Source: a virus (taxonomy: Duplodnaviria; Caudoviricetes). From it: a stretch of DNA of 32,900 nt. The stretch is taken from IMG/VR virus record IMGVR_UViG_3300020042_006595, positions 1 to 32,900 of that record. One strand, given 5' to 3'. A program made the translations under genes and the position numbers. Each line of letters opens with the position of its first letter. The first letter of the stretch is position 1. The notes beneath the pieces are model-generated. The model saw only the letters and a program-made list of their open reading frames with translations. It was not told the origin of the DNA and did no database searches. This document shows positions 1 to 8,699 of the stretch, piece after piece.

Positions 1-1911
1 TGTTGTTCCTATTCCTACATTGCCTGATGTATTAATTGCAATTCCATCTGTACCTCCTACTGTTTTAGTTATTGAAAGAACTCCATTTGCTGTACCACCT
101 GCACTTATTGTGTAATCAGCATATCCATAATGATTTAATGTTATATTACTTTTATCTCCAGTAGTACCTCCTCTTAAATAAATTGTATTAGTTCCAGAAT
201 CCCCATCATTACCAAATCTTAAAGTACTACCACCAACTAATGATAATGTAGCTTGTGGACTTGTTGTTCCTATTCCTACATTGCCCCCACTTGTAATACG
301 CATTCTTTCTACAGGACTACCCCCTATTGTTGATGTACCAAAATATAAATCTGCTGTCTCATTTCCTGTTGCACTTGTTTTAATAATTCCAATAGTTGCG
401 TGTTGTAAATTTCCACTTAAACTGTCTGAATTTGTATAAAAATTAATTTCTGCTCTATCACCTACTGCTTGACCTGTTGCAGATGCATCACTTATTTGTA
501 AAACCGATGAAGCACCTAAAGTACTACTTCGTGTTAATTTAACGACTGTTAATTTAGCAGTTGGACTTGTAGTTCCTATTCCTACATTGCCACCAGCTTT
601 AATAGTCATAGCTGCACTAACGCCAGTTTCATTTATTCTAAAGTCATTTCCACTCAACACTAAATCCCATCTTTTATCTGAAGATCCTAAATTTTTTAAT
701 CTTATACCAGTACCATCTGCAGAATATATTTCTAAAGTTTGGCCTGGACTTGTAGTTCCTATTCCTACACTACTACCAGTAAAGTGCATTGTATTATTAA
801 TATTTAATGCCTGAAAATTTGCTCCGTCATATACTTGCAAATAATTATACCCAGCACCAGTAGAATAACCAGCTTGCAACTCTCTTGCATTAGTTCCATT
901 TGCAACTGTTAACATTGTACCGGATGCTACACCCCCACCCATTTTAACCGATGAACTAAACGTAGCTGCTCCTGTAACGGATAGACCACTGGTGGAGGAC
1001 ATAGTAAGTATCGGAGTTGTGTACGTTGTTCCACCAAGAGAAGTGGAAGGCGTAATTGAAATCGAGTTTGCAACGTACTGGTTAACTGATATTTCATAGT
1101 TTTGTGCAGTGTTGCTTCCCTGCAATCGTAAAAACGAAGCCGCATTGATTGAAGGGGTTGTACCACCTATATTAACTACACCAGTACTTCCTTGCCCTAC
1201 TGCTACATTGCCACTAAACGTTGCACTTGTCCCACCCAAAGCACCTGTAAGTGTACCTCCTGCTAATTGTAGATAAGTAGATGCTAATGAAGCTGAAGTA
1301 GGTATTGCTATATTATTTAATGTCAATGACCCAGTTATACCAACTGACCCAGTCATTACTTGTGTATTGCTTAATGAATTTCCGAATATATTCGATCCAC
1401 TACTATATAACACGGACGATGTAATCGTCTGCACCACTAACGTTTGCGCAGTAATAGTACTTGTTGATGTAATACTACCCGATACATTTAATGATCCAGA
1501 TAATGTAGTAGCTCCTATTGTAGTAGCTGAACCACTTACTATAAATGATCCAGACAGTTTAGTACCACCAATTACTTCTACACCAGCAGCAGTAGCTGCT
1601 TCTAAAACAACTTTATCTGCATATAATTTGGTTTGTGCACCTTGTATGAATATATTGCCACTATTGCCGCCGGTTCCCGTATATATCTGAGCGGTACCAA
1701 GTCCAATGGTTTGGCCTGCTGGTAGGATTATTGCGTTTGCACTGCTGCTTATGGTGAGTGAACCTGACATAAGAGCATTGCCATTTAGTTTTGTTGAGCC
1801 GGACACTTCAAATTTATTTGTGCCGCTAGGAGCGACACCAATTCCTATGTTGTTGGATGAATCTTGGGAGATGCCATCGGTTAAAAGTCCTGTTGAGAAT
1901 GTTTTGCCCAT
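1..1911 (-). CDS. Tail fibre/adhesin-like modular protein, 3'-truncated at the window edge (>=637 aa; absent from the ORF track)
   Basis: ATG at 1911-1909 reads MGKTFSTGLLTDGISQDSSNNIGIG. The same frame gives TGAATF at ~958-975 and SGNVGIGTT at 1-27. It shares the QTITSSVLYSSGSNIFGN block and ERMRI/GNVGIGTT repeats with the two upstream genes. Confidence 0.85.
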   Translation of the reverse strand, partial: MGKTFSTGLLTDGISQDSSNNIGIGVAPSGTNKFEVSGSTKLNGNALMSGSLTISSSANAIILPAGQTIGLGTAQIYTGTGGNSGNIFIQGAQTKLYADKVVLEAATAAGVEVIGGTKLSGSFIVSGSATTIGATTLSGSLNVSGSITSTSTITAQTLVVQTITSSVLYSSGSNIFGNSLSNTQVMTGSVGITGSLTLNNIAIPTSASLASTYLQLAGGTLTGALGGTSATFSGNVAVGQGSTGVVNIGGTTPSINAASFLRLQGSNTAQNYEISVNQYVANSISITPSTSLGGTTYTTPILTMSSTSGLSVTGAATFSSSVKMGGGVASGTMLTVANGTNARELQAGYSTGAGYNYLQVYDGANFQALNINNTMHFTGSSVGIGTTSPGQTLEIYSADGTGIRLKNLGSSDKRWDLVLSGNDFRINETGVSAAMTIKAGGNVGIGTTSPTAKLTVVKLTRSSTLGASSVLQISDASATGQAVGDRAEINFYTNSDSLSGNLQHATIGIIKTSATGNETADLYFGTSTIGGSPVERMRITSGGNVGIGTTSPQATLSLVGGSTLRFGNDGDSGTNTIYLRGGTTGDKSNITLNHYGYADYTISAGGTANGVLSITKTVGGTDGIAINTSGNVGIGTT

Positions 1912-1914
1912 ATA

Positions 1915-3951
1915 TTATTTGTTTTCTAATTGTGTTATGCGTGTTTGTAGTTCTTGAATAGCTTTTACTAGTACAGGTACTAATTTTGAATAGTCAACTG
2001 CTTGTGGTTTAATACTATTATCTTCATTTATTTCATCTTTTTCTCCAAAAACTACATATGGTAATATATTTTGAAGTTCATGTGCTTTTACACCATATGC
2101 TCTAGTATTATCTATTTTCCAAGCAAAATCGTATGTCGTAATACTATCTATTATTGATAATGCATTAAATTCTTTAAAATCAGTTTTAAGTCTATAATCG
2201 GATGATGTATTGAAAGCAGTTGCAGATGTTGTTACTGAGATTGAACCTACATCAACATTGTTTCTTCGTATACCTATAAATGTTCCATCGGATGTTGTTC
2301 TATTTCCATAAAATACATATCCGTTAACTTCTGCTTGTATAGAGCCAGCATCTATTGTAATTCCACTTGAATTTGTTAACCCACTTGAAGTTCTTCCTAC
2401 TAATACATTACCATTATAAGTAATACGCATTCTTTCATAGTTCTGTGCTCCAGTTGTACCTCCGTTAAAACTAGTATAAAATATTATATTATGATCTTCT
2501 GTAGTTACATTCAAACCTGATAATATTCTTAAATCATTACCTGCAGTAGCTATTACACCATCATATAAATCATAAGTTCCTAATCTTAAAGAAGGATAAT
2601 TACCAGTACCTTGAACTATTATTTGATCTACATAAGTACTAGCTACTGGTAGTTTGTATGTGTTAAAAACACCATAACTTGATACAGCAGTATTTATATT
2701 AACTCTACCATCTGTACCCAAATATAATTGATAATCTGTTCCACTTGCTCTTATTTCTATTGCATTATACGCAGATATAGCACTATTTAATCCTACTATT
2801 GAAGCATAACTTGCAGCATCAGTTATAAATACACCTTTATTATTTGTTCCACTTATAAATGCTGCACCCGTTACACCTAATTTATAGTTTGCAGATGTTG
2901 CTAATCCATTAACATTTACACTACCAGAGAATGTAGCTGCTCCTGTAGAGGCTATGGTAAGTCTTGCTGAACCATTATATCTAACTCTAAGCGCACCATC
3001 ACTTTCAACACCAAGTTGATAATCATAAGATGGAATAGTAATTCCTACTGCTGCACTTGATGCGTCGTAAACATTTAATACTCTTGCATAACCTGCACTA
3101 TTTGTTAGTGTGGTATTTCCTATAATTACATTACCACTACCACTAATACGCATTCTTTCAGTATCTGATGTTCCGAATCTAACGTCTAGTCCATTTAACA
3201 TTATTGATTGATAACTTCCAGCTAATGTAGAATCAGTACCATGGATCGTAGACATGTTAAGACTATTAGCTCCGCCGTTATCAAAACGAATACCATAAGT
3301 AGCTCCAGAAATACCTGCTGTTTGACCATCAGAATTATTTTTTACTTGAAATGTTCTACTTGGACTTGCAATTCCTACACCTACATTACCTCCTATCACA
3401 CTCAATGACCCAGTTATCCCAACCGACCCCGTCATTACTTGCGTATTCGATAATGAATTTCCAAATATATTTGATCCACTGCTATACAGCACAGACGATG
3501 TAATCGTCTGCACCACTAACGTAGTAGCAGTTAATGTGCCTGCTACTGTAAATGCATTTGCAAACGATGATGTTACGGCGGTTGTTGCAAACGATGCACT
3601 AACCGCATTCAATACGTAGGATGCAGTAACAGCACTAGTTGCTATAGATGCTGATACAGCATATGATGCTGTAGTAGCGAATGATGCACTAACCGCATTC
3701 AATACGTAGGATGCAGTAACAGCATTAGTTGCTACAGATGCTGATACAGCATATGATGCTGTAGTAGCGAATGATGCACTAACCGCATTCAATACGTAGG
3801 ATGCGGTTGTTGCTACACCCTGAAACGATCCTGTCATTCCGCCGGTTACATTTAAACTGCCTGTTACAGTTAAACTGCCCGATACCGACACAATACTGCC
3901 ACTATGTGCTATATAGTTTACTAGTCCTGATGTTTGTGTATTTTTACTCAT
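1915..3951 (-). CDS. Tail fibre/spike-like protein with C-terminal intramolecular chaperone (peptidase S74-like) domain
   Basis: TASY repeats and ERMRI..GNV.IG modules. C-terminal TSSDYRLKTD...GVKAHELQ...VDYSKLVPVLVKAIQELQ matches the S-D-x-R-L-K autocleavage site plus terminal coiled coil of ICA domains. Confidence 0.85.
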   Translation of the reverse strand: MSKNTQTSGLVNYIAHSGSIVSVSGSLTVTGSLNVTGGMTGSFQGVATTASYVLNAVSASFATTASYAVSASVATNAVTASYVLNAVSASFATTASYAVSASIATSAVTASYVLNAVSASFATTAVTSSFANAFTVAGTLTATTLVVQTITSSVLYSSGSNIFGNSLSNTQVMTGSVGITGSLSVIGGNVGVGIASPSRTFQVKNNSDGQTAGISGATYGIRFDNGGANSLNMSTIHGTDSTLAGSYQSIMLNGLDVRFGTSDTERMRISGSGNVIIGNTTLTNSAGYARVLNVYDASSAAVGITIPSYDYQLGVESDGALRVRYNGSARLTIASTGAATFSGSVNVNGLATSANYKLGVTGAAFISGTNNKGVFITDAASYASIVGLNSAISAYNAIEIRASGTDYQLYLGTDGRVNINTAVSSYGVFNTYKLPVASTYVDQIIVQGTGNYPSLRLGTYDLYDGVIATAGNDLRILSGLNVTTEDHNIIFYTSFNGGTTGAQNYERMRITYNGNVLVGRTSSGLTNSSGITIDAGSIQAEVNGYVFYGNRTTSDGTFIGIRRNNVDVGSISVTTSATAFNTSSDYRLKTDFKEFNALSIIDSITTYDFAWKIDNTRAYGVKAHELQNILPYVVFGEKDEINEDNSIKPQAVDYSKLVPVLVKAIQELQTRITQLENK
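3593..3804. repeat. Near-perfect 90-bp tandem repeat (~2.3 copies) encoding TASYVLNAVSASFA-type units
   Basis: gatgcactaaccgcattcaatacgtaggatgc starts at 3593, 3683 and 3773. Confidence 0.9.
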
Positions 3952-6900
3952 TATATGATGTTATTGCGTTGTAGTATGTCTTTTAATGTGTCGTTTTCTG
4001 CTTTGAGTTCTTGGATTGCTTTTCCTAATAGTGCTGTCATAGCTGAATAATGAACTGCATCAGGTTGGCCTTCATCATTATATTCTACAAATTCAGTTAA
4101 TCCTATTTCATCAATTTGTTCTGCTATTAAACCAGCAAATACTTTTTCTCCTTCTTTTGTATTTTTACTTTTATAAAATTTAGGCTCAATTTTTAATAAT
4201 TCAGTTAATCCGTTTGTATAACTAACAATATCTCTTTTGTATCTTAAAGATGAAGTAAATCTAAATAAATTTCCTGATGAATCTACGTTGACTTGAGTAC
4301 CACTTGAAGATGTATTATTATAAATACCTAATGCAAAAATATTTCCATCTCCTCTTACTTTAAAATATTCACTACTACTCTGACTATATACTGCAAAAGA
4401 CCTATCTGAATTATTTGTTCCTGCTGCTACAGTTAAACCATAGCTTTGTCCTGTTGTAACACCCGTTGTATACACATATAATGCAGATGCGTTTCCAGTT
4501 GTTTGATTTATTGTTAACATTTCACTATTAATAGTAGTAGTTCCAATTCCTACTCTACCCCCACTTGTAATACGCATTCTTTCAGAAGGTGCTACATCAG
4601 TATTTCCACCTCTTGTACCAAATATTAAATCACCATAAGTGTAAGCAGTAGCAGTTGTTACTACATATCCTATATATGCAGGAGTATATACATTTTGAAG
4701 TCCAAAAGAAATTTGAGCTAAATTACCAACTGCTGTATTATTATCGTTAGTGTTTATTGCCAATCCTGCACTTGCTAAAGCACCTACTGTACTTACACTA
4801 GATACCCCTATTGTAACTTGTGCCTCTGGGGTTGTCATAGATACTCCCATTCCTATTTTGCCTGCCGCGGTGATACGCATTCTTTCTCCAGGGGCTGTAT
4901 CAGTAGTAAGAGTTCTTGTAGCAAATATCAAAGCACCTGTATTATATCCTGTACTTGATTCTGTTAATCCTGCTATTGTTGATGAACCATAAGTTCCACC
5001 ACCATATCCAAATGATATTTGATATAAATTTCCTGTTGAACCGCCTGCTGATGTTATGCTAGTGCCTGAAGCAGAAAATAAACCTAATGATGTTTGATTT
5101 CCAACTGATATATCTAATTTAGATAATGGACTTGTTGTATTTATTCCTACATTGCCCCCACCTGTTAAAACTAATTGGTTTGTATTACCACTACCTGCTC
5201 CTAATTTAAATAATATAGATGCATTACTATATCCAGGTGAACAGTATATTGAACCGGATGTTGCTCCTGCTTGACTATAATTTAATAATAAACCAAAAGA
5301 AGAATCAGAACCTCCAAATCTTGCTTCTCCTGTATATGCTCCTCCACCTGCTACTTGATGTAATGGACTTACAGGGCTTGTTGTTCCTATACCTACATTA
5401 CCTGTTGGGGTTATAGTTAATGAACCGGTAAAAGTAATTGCATTACCTGCTGTTCCTGATGGTGCTGTATAAAATACATGAGTTCCATCATATCCTTGCA
5501 ATCTATATTGAGTAGCATATCCATTTACTTTATATGTTGGTGCATAAGAATCACCTGCTACATTACTTGATATATATAATTGAGGAACATTTGCAAGTAT
5601 TCTACTTGCTATTTGAGAACCTTGTACTAATTCAATACCACTAACAGCAGTCATAGAACTTATTGTTGCCCCACCTATACCTACATTACTACTAAACGTA
5701 GCACTTGAACCAGTTAATGCACCTGAGAATGTAGCTGCTCCTGTAGAAGAAAAATTAAATATGTCTCCTGCTGTTGCATTACCTACATATAAACTACCAT
5801 TACTATAAGAATTTAAATACCAACTTCTACCTGTTGTTGCAGTAGTATTATTAAGAAACAATCTTAAGTTTGCAGTTGTATATGCTATTGATAAATCACC
5901 TGTAAGTGTACCACCGGCTAATTGTAGATAGGTAGATGCTAATGAAGCGGAAGTAGGTATTGCTATATTATTTAATGTTAATGACCCAGTTATACTAACT
6001 GATCCAGTAAACGTTTGTGTATTTGCTAATGAATTTCCAAATATGTTTGATCCGCTACTATATAGCACGGACGATGTAATAGTTTGTACTACCAACGTTT
6101 GAGCCGTTAATATACCTGTAGATGTTATACTACCTGATACATTAAGTGAACCTGTAATTGTATTAGTTCCTATAATTGTTTTAGATCCACTAATGAATAC
6201 ACTACCTGTTATTGTTTTTGTTCCTATTAAAGTATTTGAACCACTTATATTAAGTGAACCTGTTATTGTTGCGCTGTTAGTGAATCGTGCTGATCCACTT
6301 ACATCTAATGTATAGATTGGATTAATTGTATTAATACCTACGTTTGAGCCACTATCATATATTGAGCTAGTGGCTATTGTACTTCCTGATGTGAATTTAG
6401 CTACGTAATTAGCAGTACCTGAACCACCAATTCCGGTAAATGCACCTACAGTATAGCTGTATGCTATTACCTCTATAATATCGTTAAGTTGAGCGGCTGT
6501 ACCTAGCACAATGGTTGTACCATTTGTTGCTGTGAATTCTGATGCCGCTAATTTGCTACCATTATAGAACACATCCACAAACCCTGGTGTATATGCCACT
6601 GTAAATGTGGTTTGTGATGCGGTTGCTGTGAATGGCGTTACCACTCGTAATGTATTGTTTGCTGTAAAGGCAGATACATAATTATATACCTCTACTATAT
6701 CGTTAAGCATAGCACCTACTGTTAATACAACTGTAGTGCCGTTTGTTGCTGTAAAGTCGCCGCTTTTGTCTAATTTAACACCGTTAACATATACATCTAC
6801 TAATCCAGTAACATAACCACCACTAATAGTGAATGATGTTTGGTTTGATGTAGCTGTAAATTTCTGTATGTTTCTAACTGAACCTGATAATGGAATAGTC

Positions 6901-7388
6901 CAGCTTCTGTCTGCTGTTAAATCGTATGATTCTCCATTAATAGTTAATGTTCTACTTGCTGTAACATACGTATTTAATGCTTGTATGTATGATGCTGTTG
7001 CTGCGAATGATGCAGTTCCAAATAGTGAACCTGTAAATCCGCCTGTTGATGTTGTAGAGCCTGTTACTACTAGGCTACCAGTTATAATGGCGCTTCCTGT
7101 GAATGGAAATGAAGATGCGTTTGCTACGAAGGATGCTGTTAAAGCGTATGATGATGTTCCTTGGAGTGAACCTGTTATGCCATTGGTTACGTTAAGTGAT
7201 CCTGTTACACCTAAACTACCAGTTATAATGGCACTTCCTGTGAATGGGAATGATGAAGCATTTGCTACGTATGATGCTGTCGTTGCGAATGATGCTGTAC
7301 CTTGAAGTGATCCAGTTATACCGCCTGTCACACTTAGTGAACCTGATACTTGGGCTGATCCCGTAACTATAATACTATCGTATATCAT
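3951..7388 (-). CDS. Long tail fibre/spike-like protein with C-terminal intramolecular chaperone (peptidase S74-like) domain
   Basis: ITGSL repeats, two FTAT..QT.F...VDV.(Y/V)NG.KL beta domains and several GNVGI(G/N)TT.P / ERMRIT modules. C-terminal TSSLRYKRDI...GLIAEQI...KAIQELKAEND. TAATG stop/start overlap with the next gene. Confidence 0.85.
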   Translation of the reverse strand: MIYDSIIVTGSAQVSGSLSVTGGITGSLQGTASFATTASYVANASSFPFTGSAIITGSLGVTGSLNVTNGITGSLQGTSSYALTASFVANASSFPFTGSAIITGSLVVTGSTTSTGGFTGSLFGTASFAATASYIQALNTYVTASRTLTINGESYDLTADRSWTIPLSGSVRNIQKFTATSNQTSFTISGGYVTGLVDVYVNGVKLDKSGDFTATNGTTVVLTVGAMLNDIVEVYNYVSAFTANNTLRVVTPFTATASQTTFTVAYTPGFVDVFYNGSKLAASEFTATNGTTIVLGTAAQLNDIIEVIAYSYTVGAFTGIGGSGTANYVAKFTSGSTIATSSIYDSGSNVGINTINPIYTLDVSGSARFTNSATITGSLNISGSNTLIGTKTITGSVFISGSKTIIGTNTITGSLNVSGSITSTGILTAQTLVVQTITSSVLYSSGSNIFGNSLANTQTFTGSVSITGSLTLNNIAIPTSASLASTYLQLAGGTLTGDLSIAYTTANLRLFLNNTTATTGRSWYLNSYSNGSLYVGNATAGDIFNFSSTGAATFSGALTGSSATFSSNVGIGGATISSMTAVSGIELVQGSQIASRILANVPQLYISSNVAGDSYAPTYKVNGYATQYRLQGYDGTHVFYTAPSGTAGNAITFTGSLTITPTGNVGIGTTSPVSPLHQVAGGGAYTGEARFGGSDSSFGLLLNYSQAGATSGSIYCSPGYSNASILFKLGAGSGNTNQLVLTGGGNVGINTTSPLSKLDISVGNQTSLGLFSASGTSITSAGGSTGNLYQISFGYGGGTYGSSTIAGLTESSTGYNTGALIFATRTLTTDTAPGERMRITAAGKIGMGVSMTTPEAQVTIGVSSVSTVGALASAGLAINTNDNNTAVGNLAQISFGLQNVYTPAYIGYVVTTATAYTYGDLIFGTRGGNTDVAPSERMRITSGGRVGIGTTTINSEMLTINQTTGNASALYVYTTGVTTGQSYGLTVAAGTNNSDRSFAVYSQSSSEYFKVRGDGNIFALGIYNNTSSSGTQVNVDSSGNLFRFTSSLRYKRDIVSYTNGLTELLKIEPKFYKSKNTKEGEKVFAGLIAEQIDEIGLTEFVEYNDEGQPDAVHYSAMTALLGKAIQELKAENDTLKDILQRNNII

Positions 7389-7400
7389 ATTGTTATTTTA

Positions 7401-8684
7401 TTACATGTATGTTGCTAGGGACTTCAGTTTCCATCCTGATGTACCTGTATATATATTAAACTGTATATCACTTCCTACTATTGCTGCTGAAGATGTTACT
7501 ATTGATGTACTACCTATATCAGTTGTTGATGTATCAGTGTATGTTGTTGTTCCGCCATTCCATACTGTCATTACTTCACCTGCTCTTGCATTAGAACCAC
7601 TTGATACTGTATACTTAAAGAATGCAGATGTATGTGATCCTGTTACTTGTGTAAATAGGTTATTTGATCCTACTATTGATGATGTTACTATAGAGTAATC
7701 AGTTAGTGTTTGATCAAATATTAATGTATTTGCTATTGTAAAGTTAGTTGCATACGATGCTGTTAATGCAGATGGTACTGAGCCACTAAATCCACAATTC
7801 GCAGCTACTGCTTTACCAGATCTTGCAGATGAAAAGTATATAGATGCTGTGTTTGAGTTTTCTGCATTTATTCTTGCTGGCATTATTACATCATCATTGC
7901 TATCAAATATAGTAAATACAGGAAACTGCTCTCCTAAATTATGATAGAATGACCATGTTGTTGCTGCTATTGCTTGAACCAATATTACATTAGATCCATT
8001 AACTGTTGCTCCTGGTATAGATAATGATGCTGTACCATTTGTAACGGTTGCTGTTACCCCAGCTCCAGTAAAGTTGAAGAATGATGCTGATCCTTGGCTT
8101 ATATTTTCATCTAATACATTTATTACTCCTCCACCACCTCCACCACTTATAGATACAGATGCTGTACCGTTTGTAACAGTTGCTGCTACTCCGGCTCCGG
8201 TAAAGTTAAAGAATGATGCTGATCCTTGACTTACACCTTCATCTAGTACATTTATTACTCCGCTACCACTACCGCCACCACTTATGGATAGTGATGCTGT
8301 ACCGTTTGTAACGGTCGCTGTTACTCCAGCTCCTACAAAGTTAAAAAATGATGCTGATCCTTGACTTACGCCTTCATCTAGTACATTTATTACTCCTCCA
8401 CCACCTCCTCCACCATTTAAAGCAAATGATGCTGTTAAGGCGTATGATGCTGAAGCTGCATTTAATATATAAGATGCAGTAGTGGCGGTTGCTGCTGATG
8501 TTGCAAATGATGCACTTATTGCAGTATAAGCGTATGATGATGTAGTAGCATATGATGCAGATACGGCATTTAAAACATAGGATGCTGTAGTGACATTTTG
8601 AGCCCAACTAGCAGTTCCTAATAATGATCCTGTTATGCCTGCTGTTACGTTTAATGAGCCAGTGATAATTACACTGCCGCTCAT
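7401..8684 (-). CDS. Virion structural/fibre protein; probably the C-terminal part of the 8700-11978 gene (same frame, separated by one TAA)
   Basis: In frame with the upstream ORF: ...LEVF*DKKINMSGSVIITGSL. Has three GGGG-VINVLDE repeats, a TWSFYHNLG domain and a TASY tract. Confidence 0.7.
   Translation of the reverse strand: MSGSVIITGSLNVTAGITGSLLGTASWAQNVTTASYVLNAVSASYATTSSYAYTAISASFATSAATATTASYILNAASASYALTASFALNGGGGGGGVINVLDEGVSQGSASFFNFVGAGVTATVTNGTASLSISGGGSGSGVINVLDEGVSQGSASFFNFTGAGVAATVTNGTASVSISGGGGGGVINVLDENISQGSASFFNFTGAGVTATVTNGTASLSIPGATVNGSNVILVQAIAATTWSFYHNLGEQFPVFTIFDSNDDVIMPARINAENSNTASIYFSSARSGKAVAANCGFSGSVPSALTASYATNFTIANTLIFDQTLTDYSIVTSSIVGSNNLFTQVTGSHTSAFFKYTVSSGSNARAGEVMTVWNGGTTTYTDTSTTDIGSTSIVTSSAAIVGSDIQFNIYTGTSGWKLKSLATYM
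8010..8415 (-). repeat. Three ~43-44 aa repeats (GGGG-VINVLDEGVSQGSASFFNFTGAGVTATVTNGTASLSISG)
   Basis: Visible in the translation and as recurring aatgatgctgatccttg and tacatttattactcc DNA blocks. Confidence 0.9.
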
Positions 8685-8699
8685 ATTTATTTTCTTATC

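Noticed and set aside
1242-6008. Diversity-generating retroelement TR/VR pair suggested by the 112-nt repeat and the Mtd-like N-terminus
   Set aside because: Mismatches are mixed and not adenine-specific, both copies are mid-gene coding sequence, and there is no reverse transcriptase in the window.
1-6110. Invertase/shufflon-type switching of fibre cassettes
   Set aside because: All junction repeats are direct and on one strand, with no inverted silent cassettes and no recombinase in the window.
1912-7400. Readthrough at other in-frame gene junctions (1911/1915 and 7388/7401)
   Set aside because: The gene ending at 1915 finishes with a complete terminal chaperone coiled coil, and the 7401 junction has a double TAA TAA.
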